Assembly: GCA_016930085.1 (NCBI GenBank)
Contig: JAFGHO010000057.1
Span: 3,233 to 67,232, forward strand
DNA length: 64,000 nucleotides
Direction of reading: 5' to 3'
Source: Spirochaetales bacterium
GTDB lineage: Bacteria; Spirochaetota; Spirochaetia; SZUA-6; JAFGRV01
The notes under the pieces are model-generated. The model was not told the DNA's origin and made no database searches. It saw only the letters and a program-made list of their open reading frames with translations. Shown piece after piece: positions 29,365 through 38,209 of this stretch. A program made the translations under genes and the position numbers. Each line of letters begins with the position of its first letter. Positions within the stretch are counted from its first letter, which is position 1.

Positions 29365-31044
29365 GTGGAAGATGGTGAAAGAGGGGGCATCTCGTCTCAT
29401 ATCAAAGCGGTATTGGACAACATAGAATATGCGCATCATCTGACGAAAAAAAACAAAAGTACAAAGGTCGTGATCGTCGTATCCGGAAACGAAGCCGACC
29501 GACTATCCTGGCAAAAACGACTCGATAAAACAAGTCCTTTCATTTTCAATATCGACGGCAGCACTAAGGTCATCTCCCTCGAGGAAAAAACGGGCGACAA
29601 GACACGCGAGGGTAATTTTCTGGGCACACTCCTCGCGTACAACAAGTTCAAGGACATGGCGGGGGAAAAAGGTATCTCATACAATGATTCGGTCATTTTA
29701 CTCGGCATGGTGTTCGGGAGGGGAGAACGTATGTCTCCGTTCACCCAGATAGAAGGGGACAGAAAACCCGCCATTGTCGTCAGTTCGACGGACGGGGAGG
29801 GCCCCGGGAACATGAGTGCCATCGAGGAAGGCCTGTTGTACTTTACGCCTGTCGTCGATTACATTCAAAGCAGGGGGTTCAGGGGGATTCTGGACAAATG
29901 GGGGGACGAGACGGAAATACCGTCAATCGATCTATCCGCGCCGCCGGCATCGCCGGATGATTTCGCATCATATGACGTGATCAAGTTTATCTCGATCGTG
30001 AAGATAACCGACGAGCTTGCCAAACAGAAAGACTGGACCGTTGTCGATGACGAGTGTAATATAGTACGGTTGATTTCGAGAAACGATAAAGCGGTTATCG
30101 TCAAACAATTACTTGACTGCGGCGTCGAGGCGGGCCCCGATAACTTTTACTATGCCGGGGTAAGTCTGGGACCGGTCGCGGTTTCCTATGACGTTCTCGA
30201 TATCGCTGCAGAGATATTCGCGGATGAAATTACCAGAGAAGGCGTAACGATTGATTTCGACCCCTATTTCCTTATGGCGTTTTCGATGAACAGCAATTTC
30301 TCCTCCTGGTACGAAACGGTGAAGCGGGACCGGGAACTGAGGGCTCTTTTGGAGAAAGTGCCGGATTTTCTTGAAAAAGTACAGAAGATTAAGGTACTGT
30401 TCGCCCAACGTCACGGAAGACCCGTAAATTTCAAGGCATTGGACATGGGGGACAGGATATATTGGGCCGATATCGGTCTGCACCACGCGATGCGGGAAAA
30501 ATATCTTTCCCTTCTTGATACGGGCGGGCGGGGAATCATTGCGCGGAAACTCGAAAATATCAGCGACGGGACAGACGCACACGGCAACAGAATCGTCAAT
30601 TCGTTTATCGCTGACGGGATTGATATTTCGGATTCGGTTGTCGTCAACAGCACGTTACGCGGGAGGGGGATAATAAAAAAAAGTGTGATAAAAGATTCGA
30701 TACTCGCCAATCCTTCCATGATTGAAGCATTCGCCGTTTTGAGCGTACGTCCCTCGGGCAAAACCGTTCTCAAGCCCGGAAGCGGGGTGTACCGGTCGAT
30801 CGGGCTTAATGACCTCGTTCTCGAAGAAGGGATACGTCAGGGAACGATGGTAACGAAGGAAGGGCCGATCGATCTTGCAGTTTCCGAGAAAACAGATCTT
30901 CGTGACAGAGAGCGTACCTACAAGGTCCCCATCATGGGTAACAGGGTTTCTTTCGCCGAAGCGTATGAGATGATGTTCGGAATCAGTGAGGAAGAACTCG
31001 ATGCCATGAGACGTAATCTCATCGAACGCATACGGGAAGCATAG
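29365..31044 (+). CDS. putative sugar-1-phosphate nucleotidyltransferase (fucose-1-phosphate guanylyltransferase / fucokinase-N-terminal-like)
   Basis: N-terminal VVIVVSGNEADRLSWQKRL resembles the FPGT block V-x-T-A-A-D-E-x-Q-A. The C-terminal region has left-handed beta-helix-like hexapeptide repeats (SVVVNSTL, SVIKDSIL). Assignment is tentative. Confidence 0.4.
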   Translation: MEDGERGGISSHIKAVLDNIEYAHHLTKKNKSTKVVIVVSGNEADRLSWQKRLDKTSPFIFNIDGSTKVISLEEKTGDKTREGNFLGTLLAYNKFKDMAGEKGISYNDSVILLGMVFGRGERMSPFTQIEGDRKPAIVVSSTDGEGPGNMSAIEEGLLYFTPVVDYIQSRGFRGILDKWGDETEIPSIDLSAPPASPDDFASYDVIKFISIVKITDELAKQKDWTVVDDECNIVRLISRNDKAVIVKQLLDCGVEAGPDNFYYAGVSLGPVAVSYDVLDIAAEIFADEITREGVTIDFDPYFLMAFSMNSNFSSWYETVKRDRELRALLEKVPDFLEKVQKIKVLFAQRHGRPVNFKALDMGDRIYWADIGLHHAMREKYLSLLDTGGRGIIARKLENISDGTDAHGNRIVNSFIADGIDISDSVVVNSTLRGRGIIKKSVIKDSILANPSMIEAFAVLSVRPSGKTVLKPGSGVYRSIGLNDLVLEEGIRQGTMVTKEGPIDLAVSEKTDLRDRERTYKVPIMGNRVSFAEAYEMMFGISEEELDAMRRNLIERIREA

Positions 31045-31210
31045 ACCTGCGAGGCGTCTGTTACCGAAGCTGTGCGATCCGTTAAAACCCCATGTCCGGT
31101 TATGAACGACGGGGGTACGGACCCGATTGTCCGAATACGAAAATAATGATAGAATAGCGGAAAGACCGGTATACCAGTGCGGCGTTTTCTGTTTTTCATA
31201 AAGGAGTCGT

Positions 31211-32977
31211 ATGAAAAAGGCGATTTATGCATTTTCCGGCGACCCGATTACCTTCGGGCATATCGATATCGTCAAGCGGGCGACACGCGTTTTCGATGAG
31301 GTGACGGTCGGTATCGGTGTCAATCCGGGAAAGCGGTATACCTTCACCCTTGAAGAGCGGACGCAGATGGCGAGGAAATCCCTTGCCGGGATCGAGCATG
31401 TCAAGGTGGTCGCGTTCAAGGGGCTTCTGGTCGATTATGCCTTTGAACACGGGATACCGGTGATTATCAAGGGGGTGAGAAACGCGGCCGATTTCGATTA
31501 CGAGGTAATGCTTCATCATCTGAGTGAAAGTCAGAAACTCGACATCGATACCTATATGCTGCCCGCGAAACAGGATCTCACCCATGTGAGTTCAAGCGCC
31601 GCCAAAGCCCTTCAGCAGGAACACGGCCTCGTTCATGAATATGTCCCCCTCCATGTAAAAATGTGCCTGGAAGCGAAAATGTCAGGGCAATATATTATCG
31701 GGATTACCGGAGAAATCGGGACCGGTAAATCCTATGTCAGTGAAAAAATCAGGGAATTGGGTTTGATTCACCATATCCCCGTCTTTCATATCGAACTCGA
31801 TCATATCGGGCATCGAATCCTGGGAGACCTCACGGAGCCCCTTTACCAAAAGGTGAGGGAGGAGATCGAAAAAAAATTCGGGAGTGAAGTAAGACTCAAA
31901 GACGGCGGTATCAACAGAAAGGTACTCGGAGAAATCGTTTTCTCCAATCGTGAGAAACTGGAGGAACTCAATACCCTCCTCTATCTGCCGCTTATGGTCC
32001 GTTTACGTCACGAACTTCACGGGAAAAAAGGCCTTATCCTCTTCAATGCGGCCCTTATAGCGGAAGGGGGCATGTCGAATCTTTGTAACAATAATGTCGT
32101 TCTTGTCACCGCGGACAGGGAAAGTCAGGAGCGCCGGCTCAGGGAACGCGACCTCACGAAAACCCAGATACGGAAACGGCTTCAAAGTCAGTTCAATACG
32201 GATCAGAAGACACAAACCATCATGGCCCGGATTGAAAGCTCACGGCAGGGCGTCATGTGGCGCTACGACAATTCGGATTCGACCGATCCGAATGAAACAA
32301 GGAATCTCTTTTACAGGATCATCAATCATGTGGATATGTATGGTGAACTCAGGTTCCAATCACTCTGGGAACGCTTGACGCAACAGACGAATTACAGGCA
32401 GGTATACGACCGGCTTCTTCAGTCGTATTCCGAGAAGACGCGCGCATATCACACGCTTTCGCATATAGTCCGGGGGCTGGAAGAGATCGTCGGTGTCATG
32501 GATATGCTTCAGGATAGCGATGCCCTTTCGTGCGCGTGGTGGTTCCATGACGTTATTTACCGGCCGCATGCCGCGACCAACGAACGTGAGAGTGCCGGAT
32601 ATGCCGGGAATGTATTGAGGGACGCGGGCTGCGGTGAGGGATTTATCGCAAAGGTAACGGCCCTGATTCGAAATACCGATCATACGGGACCGGCAATACA
32701 AGACGATGCGCTAAAGCAGCCGGATGCCGATATGATACGTGATATCGACCTTTCCGTGCTTGGTACATCCTGGGAAGATTTTCGCGCGTATGAAGAAAAA
32801 ATAAAGAGTGAATACTCGATGATGTCACCCGTGGAATACCGGGATAAAAGAACGGAGATGCTAAAGGAGATGCTCAAACGTCCTTCCATTTATCTCTCCG
32901 ATTATTTCAGAACCCGTTATGAAACACGGGCGCGTGAGAATATCGAACGGCTGCTTTCGAGGGGACTGGAGACATAG
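31211..32977 (+). CDS. coaD-coaE: trifunctional fusion: phosphopantetheine adenylyltransferase (CoaD) + dephospho-CoA kinase (CoaE) + C-terminal HD-like domain
   Basis: Residues 1-160 align block-for-block with E. coli CoaD: AIYAFSGDPITFGHIDIVKRA, FTLEER, IKGVRNAADFDYE, VSSSAAKAL. Residues about 165-380 carry the CoaE P-loop IGITGEIGTGKS. The C-terminal roughly 200 aa has an H...HD...H...D pattern (YHTLSH, WWFHDV, NTDHTG, DIDLSV) of unknown function. Confidence 0.8.
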   Translation: MKKAIYAFSGDPITFGHIDIVKRATRVFDEVTVGIGVNPGKRYTFTLEERTQMARKSLAGIEHVKVVAFKGLLVDYAFEHGIPVIIKGVRNAADFDYEVMLHHLSESQKLDIDTYMLPAKQDLTHVSSSAAKALQQEHGLVHEYVPLHVKMCLEAKMSGQYIIGITGEIGTGKSYVSEKIRELGLIHHIPVFHIELDHIGHRILGDLTEPLYQKVREEIEKKFGSEVRLKDGGINRKVLGEIVFSNREKLEELNTLLYLPLMVRLRHELHGKKGLILFNAALIAEGGMSNLCNNNVVLVTADRESQERRLRERDLTKTQIRKRLQSQFNTDQKTQTIMARIESSRQGVMWRYDNSDSTDPNETRNLFYRIINHVDMYGELRFQSLWERLTQQTNYRQVYDRLLQSYSEKTRAYHTLSHIVRGLEEIVGVMDMLQDSDALSCAWWFHDVIYRPHAATNERESAGYAGNVLRDAGCGEGFIAKVTALIRNTDHTGPAIQDDALKQPDADMIRDIDLSVLGTSWEDFRAYEEKIKSEYSMMSPVEYRDKRTEMLKEMLKRPSIYLSDYFRTRYETRARENIERLLSRGLET

Positions 32978-32980
32978 GGC

Positions 32981-34495
32981 ATGAGCATCCCCCTCTATGA
33001 TATCGTCATTATCGGTGCGGGTGTCTCGGGCAGCGCGATCGCGCGGAAGCTTTCCGAATATCGACTCGATGTCGCCGTTCTGGAAAAACATGTCGATGTT
33101 TCATTCGGCGTCTCGAAAGCCAACTCGGGAATTATTCATGCGGGATTTCACCATAAGCCCGGCGCACTCAAAACCACACTCGAGACACGGGGAAACAGGA
33201 TGTTCGACGAGTTGCATCGGGAACTCAATTTCCCGTTCAAAAGAATCGGCATCATCGTCTGTGCCTTTTCCTATGAAGAAATGAAAGTCATCAATGTCCT
33301 CCATGAGCAGGGGATAAAAAACGGTGTCGAGGGAATCGTTATCTGCAACAGGGACAAGATACATGAACTCGAACCGGGACTCAACCGTGACGTGATCGGG
33401 GGACTCTACGCGCCCTCGGGCGGCATTATCGAACCGTATCAGTTCGTCTTTTCGCTTATGGAATCCGCCCGAAAAAACGGTGTCGATCTCCATACCGATT
33501 TCAATGTCGAACGCGCCGAATATTCCGCGGGAGTCTATACCCTTTATTCCACCTACAATGAAAAGGTCAGGTCGCGTTATGTGATCAATGCTGCTGGACT
33601 CCACGCGGATGATGTGTCGAGAATTCTTCATGCTGATGATTTCAAAATAATCCCGAGAAAGGGAGAGGAGTATATACTCGAAAGAAACGCGAAAGGGTTC
33701 CCCCGTCAGGTGATTTTTCCCGTTCCCCGCTCGAATTCGAAGGGAATTCTCATCATACCCACGGTTTATGGAACGATGATGATCGGCCCCACGGCGGAAG
33801 ATATCAACGACAAGGAAGATTACTCAACGACATATAAAAATCTGGAAGAAGTATTTTCGGAAGCCCGGAGGATGGTGGACGCCATATCGAAGAAGGAAAT
33901 TATCACATCCTTCGCCGGGCTGCGTCCGACGTTGAAAGGAAACGATTTTTATATCGATCTATCGAAAAAGGCGCCAAACGTCATACAGGTTGCCGGCATT
34001 CAGTCGCCGGGGCTTACCGCCTCGCCGGCCATCGCTTTGTATGTGACCGGGTTGCTCGAGGACCGCGGTTTGCGACTCGTCAAAAAAAGGCGTTTCGATC
34101 CGGTTATCGGGAAACCCCACCGGATACGTGATTCCGGTGCCGAAGAGATCACCAAACTTATTGAAAAAGATCCATCGTACGGGCATGTCGTCTGCAGGTG
34201 TGAATGTGTCAGTGAAGCGGAGGTTGTCGAGGCGATTCGAAAAGGCCATACGACACTCGACGGTATCAAATTTTATACGCGTGCCGGAATGGGAAGGTGC
34301 CAGGGAGGCTTTTGTACCTACAAGATAATGAAAATTCTCATGCGGGAGACGGGAACGGGGGCTGACGAATTGACCAAACGCGGCGGTATGAGTTTTCTTA
34401 TTCAGGGTCATATATCCACGGATGGGTGGTACCCGGAAAAGAATGCATCGCAACAGCCGGAAAAGGCGGAAAACCATGAACCAGCGGACCGGTAA
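32981..34495 (+). CDS. FAD-dependent oxidoreductase, GlpA/LhgO-like, with C-terminal BFD-like [2Fe-2S] domain
   Basis: FAD fingerprint YDIVIIGAGVSGSAIA. C-terminal cysteine cluster CRCECVSEAEV...GRCQGGFC. Starts 3 nt after coaD-coaE. Confidence 0.75.
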   Translation: MSIPLYDIVIIGAGVSGSAIARKLSEYRLDVAVLEKHVDVSFGVSKANSGIIHAGFHHKPGALKTTLETRGNRMFDELHRELNFPFKRIGIIVCAFSYEEMKVINVLHEQGIKNGVEGIVICNRDKIHELEPGLNRDVIGGLYAPSGGIIEPYQFVFSLMESARKNGVDLHTDFNVERAEYSAGVYTLYSTYNEKVRSRYVINAAGLHADDVSRILHADDFKIIPRKGEEYILERNAKGFPRQVIFPVPRSNSKGILIIPTVYGTMMIGPTAEDINDKEDYSTTYKNLEEVFSEARRMVDAISKKEIITSFAGLRPTLKGNDFYIDLSKKAPNVIQVAGIQSPGLTASPAIALYVTGLLEDRGLRLVKKRRFDPVIGKPHRIRDSGAEEITKLIEKDPSYGHVVCRCECVSEAEVVEAIRKGHTTLDGIKFYTRAGMGRCQGGFCTYKIMKILMRETGTGADELTKRGGMSFLIQGHISTDGWYPEKNASQQPEKAENHEPADR

Positions 34496-35747
34496 AGCCT
34501 ATGATGCCGTCATTATCGGCGGCGGGGCGGCCGGTATGGCCGCCGCCGTGCGTTGTGCGGAAAAGGGGCTCGAATGTGCGATTGTCGACCGTGAAGAAAC
34601 TCTCGGGGGAATACTGTACCAGTGTATTCATAACGGTTTCGGCATTCACGAGTTCCGGGAAGAACTTACCGGGCCAGAATATGCCGAGCGGTATGTGGGT
34701 GAAATCGGGCGTCGTGCGGCCGTCGATGTCTTTCTCAACTCGACGGTGGTCGGTATCGATGCCGGGACCCCGAAAAAGCGGGTGATCGTTTATTCTCCCT
34801 TCTACGGTGTGCTCGTTCTTACGGCCCCGGCCGTTATTCTCTGCATGGGATGCCGCGAACGAAACCGCGGCAATATAGGTACTGCGGGGACGCGTCCGTC
34901 TGGTATTTTTACCGCAGGGCTTGCCCAGCGATTGATCAATATCGAAGGATATGTTCCGGGAAGAAACGCCGTGATCATGGGTTCCGGCGATATCGGTCTC
35001 ATTATGGCAAGGCGAATGACATGGATCGGTGCGAAGGTATCTGGGGTAACGGAAATTCTTCCCTATCCCTCGGGATTGAGCAGGAACATCAGCCAATGCC
35101 TCAATGATTTCAATATCCCCCTTTATCTGAGTCACCTGGTTACCGGAATTTTCGGACGCGACAGGGTGGCCGGGGTCGAGGTCGCGCCACTGGTCGACGG
35201 CAAGGCCGATCACAAACGGGCTTTTTCCATCGAATGCGACACAATCCTTCTTTCGGTGGGACTGATTCCGGAGAACGAATTGTCAAAGGAAATCGGCGTT
35301 GCCATCAATCAGGATACCCACGGGCCCTATGTCGATGCGAATTATATGACATCCGTCGAAGGAGTATTTGCCTGCGGGAACGTCCTGCATGTCCACGACC
35401 TGGTGGATTTTGTTTCGGAAGAATCGAGGCGGTGCGCCGATTGTGTCGCCCGTTATTTGACATCCGAGGGACCGCCACCTTCTCAGGGAACGGTAAAGGC
35501 GGGACCGAATGTCATCTATGTCGTTCCGAACAAGTTTCATTACCAAAAGGACACTATATTGTTTTTCCGCCCCTTTATCGTGAAAAACAATGTCATGCTT
35601 TCCGTTTCACTGAACGGGAAGGTCGTCAGGACGAAAAAACTTCTGCACGTACAGCCTTCGGAAATGGTTCGGACGATTTTGAAGCCGGCCGATGTCGAAA
35701 AGGCAGATCCGGGGGACCACAATGTGGTTGAAATTTCCCTCCGGTGA
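34476..35747 (+). CDS. pyridine nucleotide-disulfide family NAD(P)/FAD oxidoreductase (GlpB-like partner)
   Basis: AYDAVIIGGGAAGMAAA FAD motif and a second Rossmann motif VIMGSGDIGL. The ATG at 34476 overlaps the upstream stop by 20 nt. This is the usual second member of the FAD-oxidoreductase/DUF1667 trio. Confidence 0.75.
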   Translation: MNQRTGKAYDAVIIGGGAAGMAAAVRCAEKGLECAIVDREETLGGILYQCIHNGFGIHEFREELTGPEYAERYVGEIGRRAAVDVFLNSTVVGIDAGTPKKRVIVYSPFYGVLVLTAPAVILCMGCRERNRGNIGTAGTRPSGIFTAGLAQRLINIEGYVPGRNAVIMGSGDIGLIMARRMTWIGAKVSGVTEILPYPSGLSRNISQCLNDFNIPLYLSHLVTGIFGRDRVAGVEVAPLVDGKADHKRAFSIECDTILLSVGLIPENELSKEIGVAINQDTHGPYVDANYMTSVEGVFACGNVLHVHDLVDFVSEESRRCADCVARYLTSEGPPPSQGTVKAGPNVIYVVPNKFHYQKDTILFFRPFIVKNNVMLSVSLNGKVVRTKKLLHVQPSEMVRTILKPADVEKADPGDHNVVEISLR

Positions 35748-35762
35748 AAAGGATAACGAACA

Positions 35763-36122
35763 ATGAAAAAGGAGATGATCTGTATTTCATGTCCCCTCGG
35801 GTGCCGCCTGGTCGTCTCACAGGATGAAGACGGTTCGGTGGGTGTGACGGGTAATCAATGCCCCCGGGGTGAGGTATACGGGCGGGAAGAGTTTTCCGCC
35901 CCGAAACGGATCGTCACCGCGACGGTGAAAACAAAATCACTCAAGAACCCGTACGTTCCGGTTAAAACCGACAAGCCCCTTCTCAGGGAACATATCCGTC
36001 CCCTGCTTCGACGCCTGTACGGCATGACGGTCGGCGTCCCGGTTTCCTGCGGAGATATTCTGATTCATGATGTTGAAGGAACCGGGACAAACGTCGTCTT
36101 CACGAGGTCGCTCGGGGAATGA
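35763..36122 (+). CDS. DUF1667 domain protein (third subunit of the GlpA-like trio)
   Basis: 119 aa with N-terminal CISCPLGC...GNQCPRGE cysteine motif typical of DUF1667. Immediately downstream of the two oxidoreductases. Confidence 0.75.
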   Translation: MKKEMICISCPLGCRLVVSQDEDGSVGVTGNQCPRGEVYGREEFSAPKRIVTATVKTKSLKNPYVPVKTDKPLLREHIRPLLRRLYGMTVGVPVSCGDILIHDVEGTGTNVVFTRSLGE

Positions 36123-36213
36123 TTCCGCCCCGGCGGTAATGAACGGCCTTTTTTTACAATGATACGGCACGCGTATTTCTTGAGAGGGAACCTCACCGGT
36201 GCCTCATATGGAA

Positions 36214-37104
36214 TTATTCCTTTACCGAGCCCGCCGTGATGCCGCGGATAAAATATTTCTGCATCGAAAAGAAAATGATCATGGGGAGCATCATCGAAAT
36301 GAAAGCCGCTGCGGTCAGATATTGCCATCCGCTTCCGTATGAACTCGTGAGGTGACTTATGGTCACGGTCATCGGTGCGACATCGGGGGTCCCGCCGAGA
36401 TAGATCAGCGCGACGAGCAGATCGTTCCACACCCACATGAACTGGAAAATGGCAAGCGAGGCGATGGCGGGGACGGAGGTCGGAAGGATGATCGCGATAA
36501 AAATCCGGAGATGGGAGGCGCCGTCCATTTTTGCCGACTCGAGCATCTGGAAGGGCAGTTCATCGATAAAATTTCTCAATAGATATATTGAAAAGGGGAG
36601 TCCGTAGGCCGTATGGGCCAGCCATATACCCAAAAATGTACCGGTGAGATGCAGCCGGTTAAAGACACGTAAAACGGGGATCAGGGTCATCTGAATCGGA
36701 ACGACGAGAAAGCCCACAATGCAGAGAAAGAGGAGGTTTCTGCCGGGAAACCGCATCCATGAAAAGGCATAGGCGGCAAACGCGGCGATAATGGTGGGGA
36801 ATATCGTCGCCGGAATCGCGATCATGAGGCTGTTCAGGAAGCTGCGGCCCATGTTGTTCGTATCGATGACGTGGATATAATTGTCCAGCGTAAACTGAAA
36901 GGGTGTCCGAAAGGCGGTCCACCAGCCGGACTGGTTGATGAGATGGCGCGGCCGCAGTGAACTCACAAGGAGACCAAGCGAGGGCATGATCCAGATGATG
37001 CAGATGAGGATAATGACAAGATGCACGGGAAACGCGAAAACTCCTTTTACGAGTTTTCTCCCCATTTCAATCTTTTTCACATCGGAAGCGGATTTCTTTT
37101 TCAT
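36214..37104 (-). CDS. carbohydrate ABC transporter permease (MalG-like)
   Basis: EAA loop SAKMDGASHLRIFIAIILP. Six TM segments. Confidence 0.85.
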   Translation of the reverse strand: MKKKSASDVKKIEMGRKLVKGVFAFPVHLVIILICIIWIMPSLGLLVSSLRPRHLINQSGWWTAFRTPFQFTLDNYIHVIDTNNMGRSFLNSLMIAIPATIFPTIIAAFAAYAFSWMRFPGRNLLFLCIVGFLVVPIQMTLIPVLRVFNRLHLTGTFLGIWLAHTAYGLPFSIYLLRNFIDELPFQMLESAKMDGASHLRIFIAIILPTSVPAIASLAIFQFMWVWNDLLVALIYLGGTPDVAPMTVTISHLTSSYGSGWQYLTAAAFISMMLPMIIFFSMQKYFIRGITAGSVKE

Positions 37105-38081
37105 TACGATACTCCACGTGAAAAGCGTCTGATATTCATGACGACAACGGGGATAACGGCGATCAACAGGATGACGGCGATGGCGCCCGCCCTGCCGAAG
37201 TTTCTGAAGGTGAACATTTCCTTGTACATCCTGTTCGCGATCACTTCGGTCTCGAGATTGCCATTGGTCATGACATAGATGATATCGAAAATTTTTAAAA
37301 CATTGATGACGAAATAGGTGACCACAACGGTGATCGTTCTCGCCATTAGCGGAAGGATGATTCGGAAAAATATGGCGATCTCACCCGCGCCGTCGATTCG
37401 CGCCGCGTCGATAAGATCTGCCGATATCCCCTTCAGGCTTGCAGAGAATATCACCAGAGCGAAACCGGTCCATATCCATATGCCGACGAGAATTAGCGCC
37501 CAGTTGTTGAATGCGGGATTGAAAAGCCATGCCTGGGGTTCGAAATCGGGAAACATGAACGAAAGGACCGCGTTCAGGGTCCCGATCTGCGGCTCACCTT
37601 TCGGTTTGTATGTATACATGAACTTCCAGATAATCCCGGCGGCCACAAACGAAATACAGGCGGGGAGGAAAACGATCGCTTTTGCGGCGACTTCATACCG
37701 TATTCTGTCCGTCAGGACCGCGAGTATCAGACCCAATACGACGGTGACAAGGGTAAAAAAGACGATCCACAGCAGATTGTTCCTGAGTGCGACAAGCATG
37801 TGCTTGTTGGTAAAAATGAAAGCGTAGTTGTCGAATCCGACGATCTCACTCGAATCGGCATTCATGAAACTGATGATGATCGTATTGATTATCGGGTACA
37901 CAAGGAAAAACAACAGGACGCCCAGAGAAGGTGCCAGCCAGAGCCACGGCAGGAGGGTCGCACCCCTCCTCCCGCTTTTTCTTGAGGCTGATATACGCTC
38001 TGTCGCGAACATATACAAAAAGAAGACAAAAGGTATGGCAAGCCCATAAGCGATTGCGATAATGATTTTCTGCATGGTCAT
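37104..38081 (-). CDS. carbohydrate ABC transporter permease (MalF-like)
   Basis: EAA loop DAARIDGAGEIAIFFRIILP. Polytopic. Overlaps the downstream permease by 1 nt. Confidence 0.85.
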   Translation of the reverse strand: MTMQKIIIAIAYGLAIPFVFFLYMFATERISASRKSGRRGATLLPWLWLAPSLGVLLFFLVYPIINTIIISFMNADSSEIVGFDNYAFIFTNKHMLVALRNNLLWIVFFTLVTVVLGLILAVLTDRIRYEVAAKAIVFLPACISFVAAGIIWKFMYTYKPKGEPQIGTLNAVLSFMFPDFEPQAWLFNPAFNNWALILVGIWIWTGFALVIFSASLKGISADLIDAARIDGAGEIAIFFRIILPLMARTITVVVTYFVINVLKIFDIIYVMTNGNLETEVIANRMYKEMFTFRNFGRAGAIAVILLIAVIPVVVMNIRRFSRGVS

Positions 38082-38209
38082 CCGCCGTCATTTTTCATCG
38101 AGATCGAACTATTCTCCCCGTCATTAATCACAATGAAGCGGGAGTGCATGAAACATTCCCGCTTCATTATCGTTGAACGGCTCAGGGCCGTCATCACGGT
38201 CGGTAGAGG

